Below are positions 1-12,943 of a stretch of DNA of 64,000 bases, one piece after another; position 1 is the stretch's first letter; each line of letters opens with the position of its first letter. Both the position numbers and the translations under genes were made by a program. A model generated the notes under the pieces. The model was not told the origin of the DNA. It was given only the letters and a program-made list of their open reading frames with translations, and did not search any database. The DNA is from Toensbergia leucococca (lineage: Eukaryota): positions 62,001 to 126,000 of the forward strand of contig JALDZS010000018.1 of NCBI GenBank assembly GCA_022813965.1, read 5' to 3'.

Positions 1-2430
1 GCTTCAAGAGACGTGCTCTCGCTGCACAAGCCCCTCTACAGGGTAGAAAAAGACAGCTTGCATGACAATTGAAGAAATCAGTATGAGCAGCCTCAGCTAA
101 ACCTGAACCTTCGGACTGGCAAGGAGTTGAAATGATTTGCCACACTGGTAATCGTGCATTGAAAGACTCAATTAGTATCAAAGTATTGCTAATCGTTGGT
201 GCCATGATTATCACACACGTCCGTCAGACCTCAGGCCTTACCTTGTTTTGTTCATCTGTTGTTGTAGTTCGTAGAAACTGTGCCACTCGCACTTGTACCA
301 GTAAGGAGCCCTACCTTTGACCTTTACGCTTGGTAGTCTCTACAGCATCTTGACACTGGTCGATCTCTTTCTCGATATGGTATTGATATCCATCTACGGC
401 TTCTGTAAGAACAAGACATCATTCTTGAAGAAGTCAAAACCCTTTCAGATTCCTCCATTCCTGTACTCGTTTATGAGAAGAACCTGAAGTGCCTTTCTCC
501 GTCGCTACAGGACATTTTCATAGCCTCTCTGTTCGCTGTTAGTCGCTTTCGTCGCCGTTACTGGCATTTGTGGAGAGCCTCGCGAAGCGCATTGAAAATG
601 ATGATGAAGATGCTGCTGACTTTCTCCGCCCGACGAATTCAGACCAGGCCATAGTTGGAACAAATATTTGAAATGATATGGAGTAGAGAGAAACTTAGAG
701 GCTTACATGGCCTGTGGATGCGAGTGTGGTACTTTATCGTCGATGCATGTTTTATTGAACTTCAGGTTGTTAACTTACTTGCTTAGTTGAAGTTATTTGC
801 TCTTGCATAAATGTTGAAAGTGTACGAATGACATGTTGTTTTTAGAAAATCTGGGCGTTACTCAACATGCAGAACAGACATAGGATTGAAATTTGATACT
901 AGGTATTGATATAGCATCCGGTACGGCGAGTAGGTAACAATAACGTTTTTGAGATCGTGGATAATTGTGCCAAGGAATACTCGCTGACTCAATACATTCG
1001 GGCTCCGTTCACTGACGGTCTGTGATGAGCTGAATAGTGTTCTAAGCATACCTTGGCACGGTTAGAAACGATGAACTGAGGAGTGAGCTTTAGTTTGAAA
1101 AATTAGGGGATGATGATGTCCTCATTCCGTCCCAGCAAGCTTGTAGAATCAGCCATTCGTCTGAGTTACTCTATACCTAACGAGGTAGTTTTTACCTCAC
1201 CAGCGCCATCACAGTTACTATCCATCGATCCTTGAGCCTCTGGCCTAGAGTCCTGGGTTGTTTACCTATACTGGACAAACCACAACGCATAGCGCTAATT
1301 AATCTGTCACGTGTACGCCTCCAAATTGCCCTAGGAGTCGTATATGTACCATGAATTTTGCTGCTTTGGCTACCAAGCTAGGCGAGACTAGTAGCTTTTC
1401 TAAATCACCTCCCTTAAGTGTGATGATGAGATGTGCTCGCCGATTCAATATCCACATCTTTGTTTGGTCATGCATTGTGCTCCAATGTGGCCGTATCGTT
1501 GACAATTGAAGAATTGCTTCACCCTGCGAGCCCTGTCGTATTTCTCACAGTTCCATACCTCTAAGGTTAGGACCAGGCGATACTTAATGGCCTTGTTTGC
1601 GTTTTCAGGCTGGGCGAGCTCATTTACTAGTGAGGGGGCCGTCTTGAAGGTTGCCAGCCTATATTGTTCAGGAGAGGCATCATCGTCTGGGTATCCTTTG
1701 GAACCAGAGTCATCTTCTCCAGGACCATGATTTCGGAAGCAATGAGTCGGCCTTGCGCGTATGTAACGGGTGACGCGTTACAAGGGGCGGCCATGAGGCC
1801 TTATCACCCATTGTTAGGTATGAGCAGATACCCAATGATGAGATGATGAGAATGACCTACTCTGATACGGAGTACTCAGGTACTCAATCAAAGGGTTACG
1901 ACGATCGTTTATTTCACAAACTAGATTGGTGTTTAGTGTGGTAAGGTAGCATAAGGTTCTTCTTGAGAACTAGGTTTCAGGCTAGGTGGATTTTTTTGGT
2001 CCGGACTCCCGTGTGTCAACTGTCAAGTGTCAGCCAGGTACCTAGGTAAACTTTGATGGAGAGTTTGGCGCTACAAGTACGCTTCCGGATCAAGAAAAAT
2101 TACCCGATAGGATACGAAGTCGATTTCAGATGAGATAATTGGCATCGTAGACTGGCGTATCAATGTAGGCATGATTTGATTGATATCTAGGACTAACCCT
2201 AGTTCTTGCACCTCGAAGGGATTTAGGAAGGACCAGAGTACAGTAGTAATTGGCTTGGCAGATCGGCCCTGAGGTGTGCATCGGAAGCGGCTATATTAGG
2301 CCCTGGTGGCTGAGTAAGAACGGCCATTGGACTGGTAAATTAGTAGAAGCCCGAACAGGAACATTAGAGACATGTCTAGCTTGAACCAGAGACGGATAGA
2401 GAACAAAGTCAAAATTCCATGATAAAAGTA

Positions 2431-2934
2431 GGGTATTGCTAATCCTACACCCCCTTTGGCTACATCTACACCACCCCCTCAATCATACCCGATTAAGCAT
2501 TAGTATGGCCCCGGGCGCATAGGGAATTATCGTGATTTCACACCACATTCACACCCGCTTCTCTGCATGTCATCTACCTCCTCAATTGCATGCCATTTAA
2601 TGCTACCTAGGGAATCTTCATGAACTTCTACCTCATGTCAACTCAATTTTCTATCTCATCTTGACTCAATTTCGCACCCCATTTTTTTTGCGCCTGAGGG
2701 GGTGATCGTGCGCCCGGGGGGGAGGGAATCAACTCAGGATGTGATACAAAAGCATGGATTTTTTCTCCTAGGTAACTTGGCTTCTAGATGGCACGCAAAT
2801 GAAACAACTAAATGACTTGCAAAGTGGTAGGGAATTGAGGTATGATGTGGTGCAGAATGATAAAATTTCCCTCGGTGATTCTGCGCCCGGGCACTAGTTT
2901 GGGGGGGGGGTGTAGATGTAGTTTAGCAACACCC
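2431..2934. mobile_element. Non-autonomous foldback element/MITE, copy 1 (Mutator-like termini)
   Basis: Left end gggtattgctaa..ctacatctacacc is the inverted repeat of right end ggtgtagatgtag..ttagcaacaccc. A perfect 8-bp direct repeat taaaagta flanks it (2423-2430 and 2935-2942). Inner inverted motifs cccgggcgca/tgcgcccggg. Homologous to 56200-56751. No ORF. Confidence 0.85.
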
Positions 2935-3541
2935 TAAAAGTAACGACTCATGAGACAAGCTTTATTGTGTGAAATTGGGCCATCACAAAATACTACCAAG
3001 ATACCACCAAATGTCAAAAAAACTTTACGTAACATATGCTTTGCAAACTAGATAGTAGAAAAGGTACTTCGTAATAAAAAATTTCAAGGCATTGTAAAGG
3101 ATGGCAATTTCGAATGGAGTTCGATCTAGTGTAGCAAGAAAATTGATATTTCGTAATTAGAATGCAATCTGGCCATGTAGAGTCACATCTGAAGGATCTA
3201 GATGTCATGTCACATATGATTATTCACAAGTAAAGGTCCGTGGGTTAATTGTGATAATGGCCGAGCATTAGAATAGTTGTTGAGTTGGGCAGCAACGTGA
3301 GATAAAGATCCTCTTCTAGGCCTTGTCTTATTTGTTCGTTCTCCGCCAATCGGGATTATTTTCATGTGCTTCAATCACCGAGAGCAAATGAAAAGTCCTC
3401 AGTGGTACCGGCAGACGAGTACAAAGCATTCCGCGAGCTGTCAAAGACCCATGAACTTAGGTCGTTGTAGCCAATAGCAACAAGACATGCCGCGTGATAT
3501 CGATTTCCTGGTAGTATCTGTTGTTACACAAAAGCCCAGTA

Positions 3542-3555
3542 TCGGAACCTACCGA
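3542..3555. promoter_or_regulatory. TCGG-N6-CCGA motif (UaY/Ppr1-type binding consensus)
   Basis: tcgg-aaccta-ccga in the intergenic region upstream of the MFS gene that neighbours uaY. About one such 8-bp match is expected by chance per 64 kb. Confidence 0.25.
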
Positions 3556-5820
3556 AATCGACTCTTACATCTTCTGAAAGTACGAAATTCAAAAAGGGAC
3601 TTAACATATCAAAATGCAACACCAATGCTGATAGTCATCTCCCAAATTTCCAACCGTAGTGAGATAGCAATCTTGCAGAGTCAGGCTTAGGTAATTGCGT
3701 GAATGCAGGCTGCTTTACCTAGGTAAACAAAATTCTGATGGTGACTTCAACTAGGTATAGGTCTCTCAATCGGAACCCGGTATTGACGGTGGATGTGCCA
3801 CTAGGTAGTCCTCGGTCAAGCTTCCGATTGCTTGATTGAGAATCAAGATGGAAAATGGCGCATACGCAGAGAAGGTAGTACATTCTCCACAGATGTTGAA
3901 ACGATCAAATCATCAATACTTTCATTCATATCTTGACGCATATTCTACGTAATTGAAAGATGTGATGCCGTATTTCGTGGAACGGCATTTCTTGACATCT
4001 TCACCGCTCAAAGCTCGACGTGCAGATTGTGGGGTTTTGACGCTGTGTCACGTTGATTGAAAGTGGATACCACTCGAGATACTGGCTCATTGCAGCCTTA
4101 TCGGTGCAACACTCTGAAGGCTTGTAATGTCAGATCAGGCTGTCTTCGCTAAGATATGTCTCATATTAAGGATATAATACTGGGTTTGTTGTCAGACATG
4201 AAGCAGGGGTAATAGTTCTTCAGCTGTCAATCAACAATTTGGCCGTTGTAAATATGGTTGTCGAGTCCAGATGAGGCGTTTGTGTTAATGGTCAGTCAGC
4301 GATGATTGCTTGGCAGTGCTCGATTCAAGGTTCCATCTAACGCAGGGCAGAACAAAAAGAAGGTCAAATAGCTGCAGCGCTAAGAATTGGCATGACGCAT
4401 TCTAATTCTGCAAGGATTTCATGCGGCGTTCGCGTGGCGGGCTTGACCTCACCTTGTCGATGATGCAGCCCATCAACGGTCAAATTTGGTGGGTGGTACC
4501 TTGATCTTGTCGACGGGGAAGCGGGCGGGATAGAATATGAGCGGTAAAACCGGCAAAAGTACAACCAAGTGCGGTAAGTGCCAAGTACGAACCTAATTGG
4601 ACTCGACGAACAGGCAGGAATAGGATTAGGTAGGTACTACCAGTGCTCGTACCGTTGGTGCCGTACTACGCATGTTTTCTACTCAGCTGACCGTATTGGC
4701 TTTTCGGCTCCCGATTTACTAAGATGGAGAAACCGGTGGTAAGCTTCGAAGCCGTCGAAATGGCCAAGAGCAAATGGGGGACAGATCCCTGACTGGCTTC
4801 AGGAGTTGTCACAACATAGAAAGTTGCGCTTCACCGCCATTTGACCGTGTGACCAATCATACTTTATGGCACAGGCAGGCACATGTTCAGGAAGAACCCG
4901 AGACCACAGGCTGGCTGAGGAGTGTCCATCACTGATAGGGACCTGAGTGTTGTGTCGTCTGTCACTTCTGCGACGACGATTCCTCTGCTCGGTGAGTCTG
5001 GTGTGTGCGCTCAAGTAGGCCAGCAGCATCCTTGTTCCATCAGCAACTCGCTTCCGCATCCGCGGGCCCTGATTCCGATGGTGTGGTCTCGATCTTGCGC
5101 TAGCTGTGGCTCTACAAAAGTAAAAGTAAAGTATCAAAAAATGCCATCGCCACGTCAGGGGCATATTGAGCAACATGGTTACATGCATGCCCTGTACAAG
5201 CAGAGGCCTGTACCGCAGTATTTTGCCTATTGCCTATCTGCGCCCCGTATCAGCGGATGGATCTCTGTGATCATGGGTCTTCCTGACAAGGCTGTTGCTG
5301 GGACCGTTCCGTACCAGGCCGAAAGACGACCGTCGCTCAGCAGAGAGCACCACTTCAGGGGTGCCATGAGCATGCCCAAAGCCCCTCCCGTGCCTGTCAA
5401 CATGGTAGCGAGCATTCCTACCTACTTCTCTATTTCCTGGACACACTGCCTCCTGCCTAGGCTGTCCGTTTCCATCATTCACTGCGAACCGACATGCTTC
5501 ACGCACAGTCCCTGCCGCGCAAGACCTCATGCTCATGCTTCCTTCCGCCATCCTTGGATCACCATGAGCCTTGTCCTGTAATCTCATGGTCCCTGCTGAG
5601 ATACCTGTTCCCCGGCTAGGTAGTGCATGGATCTCCATTGCCTCAAGCCTTCTTACGTGCATTTTCTCAGGCTAACCTGGAGCATCTTCAATTCCCGACC
5701 CAGCATTGTGGTACTCGCGACTGCTTCACCTGCACCACTGTGACTACAACTTAGATGTCAAGAGGGTAATTCCTCCGCATACCTCCTCTTTCTCCAAACC
5801 TCCACCCTTACCTAGTCACA

Positions 5821-7905
5821 ATGCTTCCTACTCTGGCCTCTCGAGGTCGGCAAAATGCCCTTGAAGCCACAGTGCCTCCATTCCCAGCGCAGCAGCTCTT
5901 CATTCTAGGTACATCCTGCCTCTTCTCATTCTGCTCAATCTTGTCTCATACCTCAAGTAGAATTGGGCCACAATCTGCCGCACTAATTTACTGATGTGGG
6001 CTGACCAGTACTTGAATGTAGCCCTCTGCCGAATATGCGAGCCGATCGCCTTCATGTCCATCTTCCCTTACATATACTACATGATTCTGTCTTTCAAGAT
6101 CACCTCCGATGATCGCCAGATTGCTATTTATGCTGGAATGGTCACCTCAGCTTTTGCCTTCGCCGAATTTTCAACCGGTGTTGTATGGGGCCGATTGAGT
6201 GACAAGATAGGGCGGAAACCTGTCTTAATCACGGGGCTAGCAGGAACCGCTCTCAGCATGATGGTATTTGGCTTTGCGCCAAGTTTACCAGTAGCTCTTG
6301 TTGGACGTGCTTTAGGAGGGTTGCTGAATGGGTAGGCATGCCCAGACACTGTCTAGATCCATTGGGGAAACTTTATACTGACGACATCGATTGTAGGAAT
6401 ATTGGAGTGCTGCAGACTACTGTTGCTGAGATAGTCACTGTGAAGGAACACCAACGTAGCTGTCCCCCCTTTTCCTCAAAATCGGCACTAACGGTACTTA
6501 GCCCGTGCCTATTCCATCATGCCCTTCGTCTGGTGCCTCGGGTAGGTCAATAGCGATTCAATTTTACTTAATGCCAGAAGCTGACATGGCAAAAGATCTA
6601 TCGTGGGCCCAGCTCTTGGCGGAGCCTTGGCACAGCCATGCGACAACTACCCGACAATGTTTGCCCGAGGCACTGTTTTTGATCGTTACCCGTTCTTGCT
6701 CCCCAATCTTATATGTGCAACCATCCTTTGTTTTGGCGTTACGATTGGCATTTTGTTTCTGGAAGAAACGCACCAAGAGAAGAAAAACAGGCGCGATATT
6801 GGTCTTGAAGCTGGCCGATGGATCATCAAACACTTGAAATGGGCTCAATCGAAAACGGAGTCATTCGATAAAGTTGGAGATGCTAACATAGACGAAGCGC
6901 GATCGCTTCTAGAAGATGAGCAACCTCCGGGGTACCGGACTACAGAGGGGTCGCATCAATCTTCACGAGCTCACTCTCCGAAGGCTTCACGTTTAAATCA
7001 GGATGTTAAGGACGAACATACTAGGAGCAGAGGACGTGGCACACAAAAAGCCTTTACGAAGCAAGTCATATTGAACATTGTAGGCTATGGCATTCTGGCA
7101 TAGTGAGTCTACAAACCTCTTCACGTTGTGCTTCTCTACTCACCTCAACAATAGTCATACTATTTCATTTGACGCTTTAATGCCCGTGTTTCTCAGTACT
7201 CCGGTATCGCATGAAGCACCATCACTCCCGTTTAAATTCACTGGTGGCTTTGCTTTACCTACGAAGACGATTGGGTTCATGCTATCCTTACAAGGAATCT
7301 ACTCTATGATGGCTCAGATATTCCTCTTCCCAATCATTGTTCGACACTTTGGCAGCTTGAAAACCTTCCGCTGTGTGGTAATCTCTTGGCCTTTACTTTA
7401 CTTTCTGATGCCCTATGTGGTACTTCTTCCTCAAAGCCTTCGGATTCCGGGGGTATATTTCTGCCTGATATGGAGAATCACCGCCCAGGTCCTAGCTTAC
7501 CCTTCGAACGCAATCCTCCTCACTAACTCCGCTCCTTCAATGCTGGTTCTTGGGGTTATCAACGGTATTGCGGCATCGACGGCTAGCCTAAGTCGAGCGT
7601 TCGGCCCCACTGTATCTGGCTTTATTCATTCTTGGGGGCTCAAAATGGGTTATACCGGTCTCGCGTGGTGGGCCAGCGGCATGATATGTATCATTGGTGC
7701 ATTGGAAAGCTTATGGATAGAAGAAGGGCGTGGAAGAATGGATCGGATTAGCGACGAAGAAGCTACACTCAATGACAGCCTCATCAATCCTCTGGCCATC
7801 GATGCTGCAATTGTCGCTGCAGGCGGTTCGTCCGAGAATCTCCTGGAGAGCGATTCGCCTTTACTCACGCCCAAGGATACAGTTGTTACCCAAGAAATCG
7901 GTTAA
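5821..7905 (+). CDS. Major facilitator superfamily transporter (MFS_1, ZIFL/YCR023C-like), 6 exons
   Basis: ATG 5821 (MLPTL..FPAQQLFIL) splices across intron 5909-6021 to ALCRICEPIAFMSIFPY. MFS motif A WGRLSDKIGRKPV. Multiple TM helices. Further GT-AG introns join ORFs 5994, 6603 and 7087. Confidence 0.92.
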
Positions 7906-8524
7906 CGACCATTCTCAGAGAGCTCACGACAATGAGTGAGACAATTACGACGTAATGACTCGTGCGCACTAACAGCGGACCACCGTCAGATTGGATTAAC
8001 GGCTGTCAAAGCTGGACTACACTCTGAAGGATGAAGTGCATGTTATCTGGAGCTTTCGGAGATTTGGGGGTGGGTTTCTGGTTTTTGATACCTCGGGTTC
8101 TCCTGGTTTTTTGTTGGTACGTATTAGACTTGGTATCTCAAAGTTTGGAGATCAATAGCTGGAGCGAGTGGTCTTCAATGGGTTTATTAGACAGTATTGG
8201 GCTTATCGAAGTCATTCGGATTATCCATACTCGTAAAGTATCCTCGAATTGCATTTAGGGTTACCGACCCTCGACCCTCCTACTCTAGGATCTCACACGT
8301 AACTCGCTATCTTATCTATATCGATTAGCACTTTTAGCTTACCGTAGTTGAATGGACGCCGTATCGTGTTGTACAGGATCTCTACTTTGAGCCGCAGACA
8401 TCTTTCTCTTAACTTACATTGTAAATAATTCGCTGATGAACGCAGGCCTGGATGACAGCTGAAAGCGCATCATGTACCAGGTCAGTTCCTATCTTACGTT
8501 TGCATCATCGGTGCGTTGCCATCC

Positions 8525-11500
8525 ATGAACTCCTCGGCTCTGGGCAGTAAACGCGCCCGCAATTCTCCGCCACCTTACGAACCCTTCCACAACAATAGCC
8601 TTCCCACGCCCAGCGAAACATCACCACCATCATCCTCTCTCACCACCTCCGCTTCTTCTTTTCGCAATGTCTCGGCTTGCAACAGATGCAGACTACGGAA
8701 GAACAAGTGCGATCAGAACCTACCTGCCTGCTCATCATGCGAAAAAGCAGGCGTCAAGTGTGTTGGATTCGATCCTGTTACGAAAAGAGAAATCCCCCGA
8801 ACCTATGTCTATTATCTAGAAAGTCGCTGCACTTACCTTGAGACCATACTATCAGAACGTGGCATCCCGTTCGCCCCCTCTGAAGAGTTCGATCTTGGTA
8901 CTACTTCTACGGCCGATCATTCTGCAGGTCACTCACCTACGTCAAATCGATCCGCAGCCGGAAATACGGGAGGTCTAAGCAGGCAAGAAGCTGGAGATGG
9001 ACATGGCGCAGGCCAAGATAGAGGCAAATGGGAACAGGAGCAGAAGAAGCAGGACGAGGCGAATCGATTAAACAAATTAGTCTCGAATATCGGAATGGTT
9101 TCTGTACAGGGGGCGTCGGATCCACGATACCTTGGATCAACATCCGGTATCTCATTTGCTAGAGTTGTCTTTGCAGCTGTAAAGAGCTCCGTCTCAGGCG
9201 GATCATCTGACAGAGGCGGCGCTCAGGCGAGTAGGCGTGGATCCTTGGCAGCTGGGAACACGAACGGAACGTCGCTGAGGGATTCATTCTTCGGACTACA
9301 AACCAAACCAACCATCAAGAAGGCTCCTTTTCCTGACAGGGAGCTCGGAATGCATCTCATCACCCTCTACTTTCAACACGCGAACCCGCAGATGCCGATC
9401 CTTCATCGCAGCGAATTCATGGCATTATTCAACAAGGCATATGCCTCGGGTGATAGGGCCCGATCGCCACGTGAGATGTACATGTTGAACATTGTGTTTG
9501 CGATTGGGGCTGGAATCATACTGAAGGATTCCGAGAATAATGGGAGATCGAATCCTAGCCAATCGGCAATTCCGATCAAGCGAGAACCCACTTCCCCGAA
9601 TTTGAAAAGAAGAAAATTGGATGGTCAGCAAAAGCAGCCCGAAGAATACCATGCGTCTGCAATCGTCCATCTAGAGTCGTTCCTTGGCTCTTTACCAGCA
9701 GCTGATCGTCCGGATGGCTTTGGCGCCGGTCTCGAAGAGCTGCAGGCAGTGTTGTTACTTGCAGGCTTTGCTTTACTAAGGCCTGTTGCTCCCGGGTTAT
9801 GGTACATTGTTGGCGTAGCTGTACGTCTAGGTGTCGATCTGGGCCTGCACTACGAAGATGGTGCAGGCGTTGATAGCAGCGGAGACAGTACTGGAATGGC
9901 GAGAAGTCAGGACATTGCTATGGAGGCTGCTGGGCAATCTTCAAACGTAAGGCTTAATGGCATCGATGCAAAGGAACGGGGTCGGCGAGAATGGGTTCGT
10001 GATCTACGTCGTCGCCTCTGGTGGTGTGTCTATTCGTTTGATCGACTTGTTAGTACTTGTGTAGGTCGACCCTTTGGCATTACGGATCAAGTCATCACTA
10101 CAGAGTTTCCTTCAATCCTAGATGATGAGTACATCACCACATCGGGTTTCTCAATACCATCCCACAATTTCAAAGGTCCCAGCTACAAACGGGTCTCCCA
10201 TCACTACTTTCGCCTTCGCCTTCTTCAGTCTGAAATTCTGCAAGTCTTGCAGTATCGGCAAGCTCAGCAGGCGCGCTCCGATGGAAAAAATCGTAACAAT
10301 GAATACATGCACACTCAATTACCTTCACCATTTCTGCATAATTTTGATTCCTTTAATGCCTGGCGAAGGAACATAGACCGCCGCCTATGGGAATGGAAAG
10401 AAACTGCACCTCGTCAGCAAGATACGACTGTCCAATTCTCGGTTCAATTTCTAGAACTCAACTATTGGCAGGCGGTGATAATGCTATATAGGCAGAGTTT
10501 AAGCGTTCCGCCAATGCTTGCAGGAGAAACAAATCCGTCTGACGACGTCGCGACTCCAACGTCGGTAAACAGAGAGGAGCAAGAGGATGCAGATGAGATT
10601 TTCTTAAAGGTGGCGGAAGCTGGGCAAAAGATCTTGAAGCTCTATCGTCAATTGCATCGGGTACATTTGGTCAATTATACCTTCCTGGCGACCCACCATC
10701 TCTTTATGGCTGGTAAGCTCTTATCCTGGAACGTCATGTCTTTGTACTCACTTTTGTAGGGATCGGTTTTCTGTACGCTATCTGGCACTCTTCAACCGTT
10801 CGTAGTCGCCTCGTAAGTCGGATCCACCACCCTTTGTGCCACTGGCTGATTATTTCCTAGACGCTTGATGACGTTGACTTTACCGTTTTAGCAGCGACTT
10901 CTGTCCTTGGGGATCTCATTGACAAATGCCCACCGGCCGAAGCATGTCGTGATGCCTTTGAGCGAATGAGTAAAGCGACAGTGCAGATGTGCCTTTCCAC
11001 AACTGGCTTCGGTTCGAGAGCATCTGGTCTTCAATCACGCTCAAGCGCGCACACTGGGTCGTACAATAATACTGCTAGCACGCGACAAGATTATGAGACC
11101 AAGCCTTCACCTCCGCGTAGTTCCTTCATCAGCTCTCGGCCACCACCTCAATTTGACATGAATCTTCGTGATCTCTTCCCAGACGAGACACAAGATGGAC
11201 AAGTTTTTGGAAGCAATCTTGGACGGTGGCAAGGCCCAGCCCCGCCAAGCATTCCGCCAGTGCAGCCAAGATCAGATTCTTATCAAGACCGAGCCAACGC
11301 TCTTCCGTTGCAGCAATATACATCGCAAATGGCTCAGCCGCTTGGACCTTCTCCGGCGATTCCTATGAATAATAACGCTCCTTACGAAAATTACAGCTTC
11401 CCTAATGACATGGATTTCTTACTGACGAACAATACGGCTACATATACGGGTCATTCAGGCTTGGACCTTGGATTTGATAGTGAACATGATTGGAGCGATG

Positions 11501-11565
11501 GTGTTCAGATGGATATGTTTGATGGGTTTTTCTTTGGAGGGATAGGGAGTGCAGGTGCTGTGTAA
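8525..11565 (+). CDS. uaY: Zn(II)2Cys6 transcription factor, positive regulator of purine utilisation (UaY/Ppr1 family)
   Basis: SFRNVSACNRCRLRKNKCDQNLPACSSCEKAGVKCVGFDPVTKREIPRTYVYYLE is the UaY/Ppr1-type binuclear cluster. Fungal_trans domain (RRRLWWCVYSFDR). Acidic C-terminus (DMFDGFFFGG). Introns 10713-10759 and 10813-10860. Confidence 0.88.
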
Positions 11566-12211
11566 TAAAAATGGTCTCGTGGGGAAGGAATCTGAGGAGA
11601 ATCTCGATAGCTGCGATTTGATTCTCACATTGAATTGAATTTGCTTCTTGTTTCCAGGGTAGTAAGGCGCCTTTCTCATGCTCATACTACATATAGATAC
11701 CAACAGGAATTCGATAGCAGAGGAATTGATATTTAAATTCATTTGGCCTCCGTACAATCTATCACCAAATATCGGTATCGGCCAACGTATGGATAATAAT
11801 AGGCTCGAGGCTGCTACGGAGTATCCGTAGGGCTGATGACATAAAGATTCCAGCCCCGGGTTTTGCGCAACGGGGCTAGTGTTATCCCTCGCTTCCCTCC
11901 CAGCCATTTCTTGGCAGCAACGAAGCATCAAGGTCGTCGCCGTTGAGAGTAGGAAACCTGCGACTCCATCATGCTACTGCCTTGATCCACCTCGTTGACT
12001 GTGGACTCCCGTGTTCATCTTCATCTTCAACTTCATGTCCTTCGTTTGTACCCCCAGACTTCTGCCATTTCCTTATTAACCTCGCCCCACTCGCGCATAA
12101 ACGTCACTATCCACTCCACGTGGCTCTGAGACCTACCGTTCGATACGAATCGGATCAGCCAAGCTTGGTGGACAGCGTAGCCCCTCAAGGCAACATCTGT
12201 CACTCGTAGTG

Positions 12212-12943
12212 ATGCCTCCTATAGAACAGCTATCAAAAGCCCTTTCTGGTTCGCGCTCTTTCGCCCGAAGCTTCCACCTCCCATCGATATCCGACCACTC
12301 ACCGCGCTCTATCTTCTCACGCTCAGCCGGCCTTCCTGCGCAAACCAGATCTTCCATAGAGTCTCTACCTAGAGCAATTGCCCCTCTTTTCGGCCGTCAA
12401 AACAATGTCATCATCCCGACAACGTACACAGGCCTCAAATCTGGACCCCCACCCGGCACAGTCGTAGGCATAGTTCTCGGCTCGGTTGGAGGTCTCCTTC
12501 TAGTTCTTTGGCTCCTATACACATGCTATAGCTTTGGCGGAAACCGCTCTACTATCATCGAGGAAGAAGTCATTCGCCGACGCTCCCGTTCGCCCCGACG
12601 CGGACCCTCAACTAGACGATCCCCCTCTAGTCGATCACGAAGCGAAGTCATTGAAATATCACAGCATCGTAGTCGCACTCCACCGAGAAGAGTAAGTCCG
12701 CCGAGACGAGAAAGTCCGCCAAGACGAGAGAGTAGTAGGAGAGAAACGATCGTGGTAGAGGAGACGAGGAGGCCGGCGACTGTTGTTGTGGAGAGGGAGG
12801 ACGATATCGTGGAGGTGATTGAAGAGCATAGCCCACCGCCGCGGGCGAGGCGGAATAGCGGAAGGCAAAGTGGATTTCGCACTGTTGATCCGGAAGCTTT
12901 TGGAGGAGGGGGCAGGCCGCTTAGAAAGGTCAGTCGACGATGA
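12212..12943 (+). CDS. Hypothetical single-pass membrane protein with Arg/Ser-rich cytoplasmic tail
   Basis: Single-exon ORF with TM segment GTVVGIVLGSVGGLLLVLWLLY followed by an RRSRSPRR/PPRRESPP-rich tail. Confidence 0.75.
   Translation: MPPIEQLSKALSGSRSFARSFHLPSISDHSPRSIFSRSAGLPAQTRSSIESLPRAIAPLFGRQNNVIIPTTYTGLKSGPPPGTVVGIVLGSVGGLLLVLWLLYTCYSFGGNRSTIIEEEVIRRRSRSPRRGPSTRRSPSSRSRSEVIEISQHRSRTPPRRVSPPRRESPPRRESSRRETIVVEETRRPATVVVEREDDIVEVIEEHSPPPRARRNSGRQSGFRTVDPEAFGGGGRPLRKVSRR

Noticed and set aside
2039..3725. Recurrent TACCTAGGTA/TAGGTA palindromic motif
   Set aside because: A short motif scattered through intergenic DNA, with no arrangement suggesting a specific element.
4799..5662. 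Overlapping ORFs of 129-219 aa upstream of the MFS gene
   Set aside because: No recognisable domain, mostly non-ATG starts, mutually overlapping. Likely promoter or UTR sequence.
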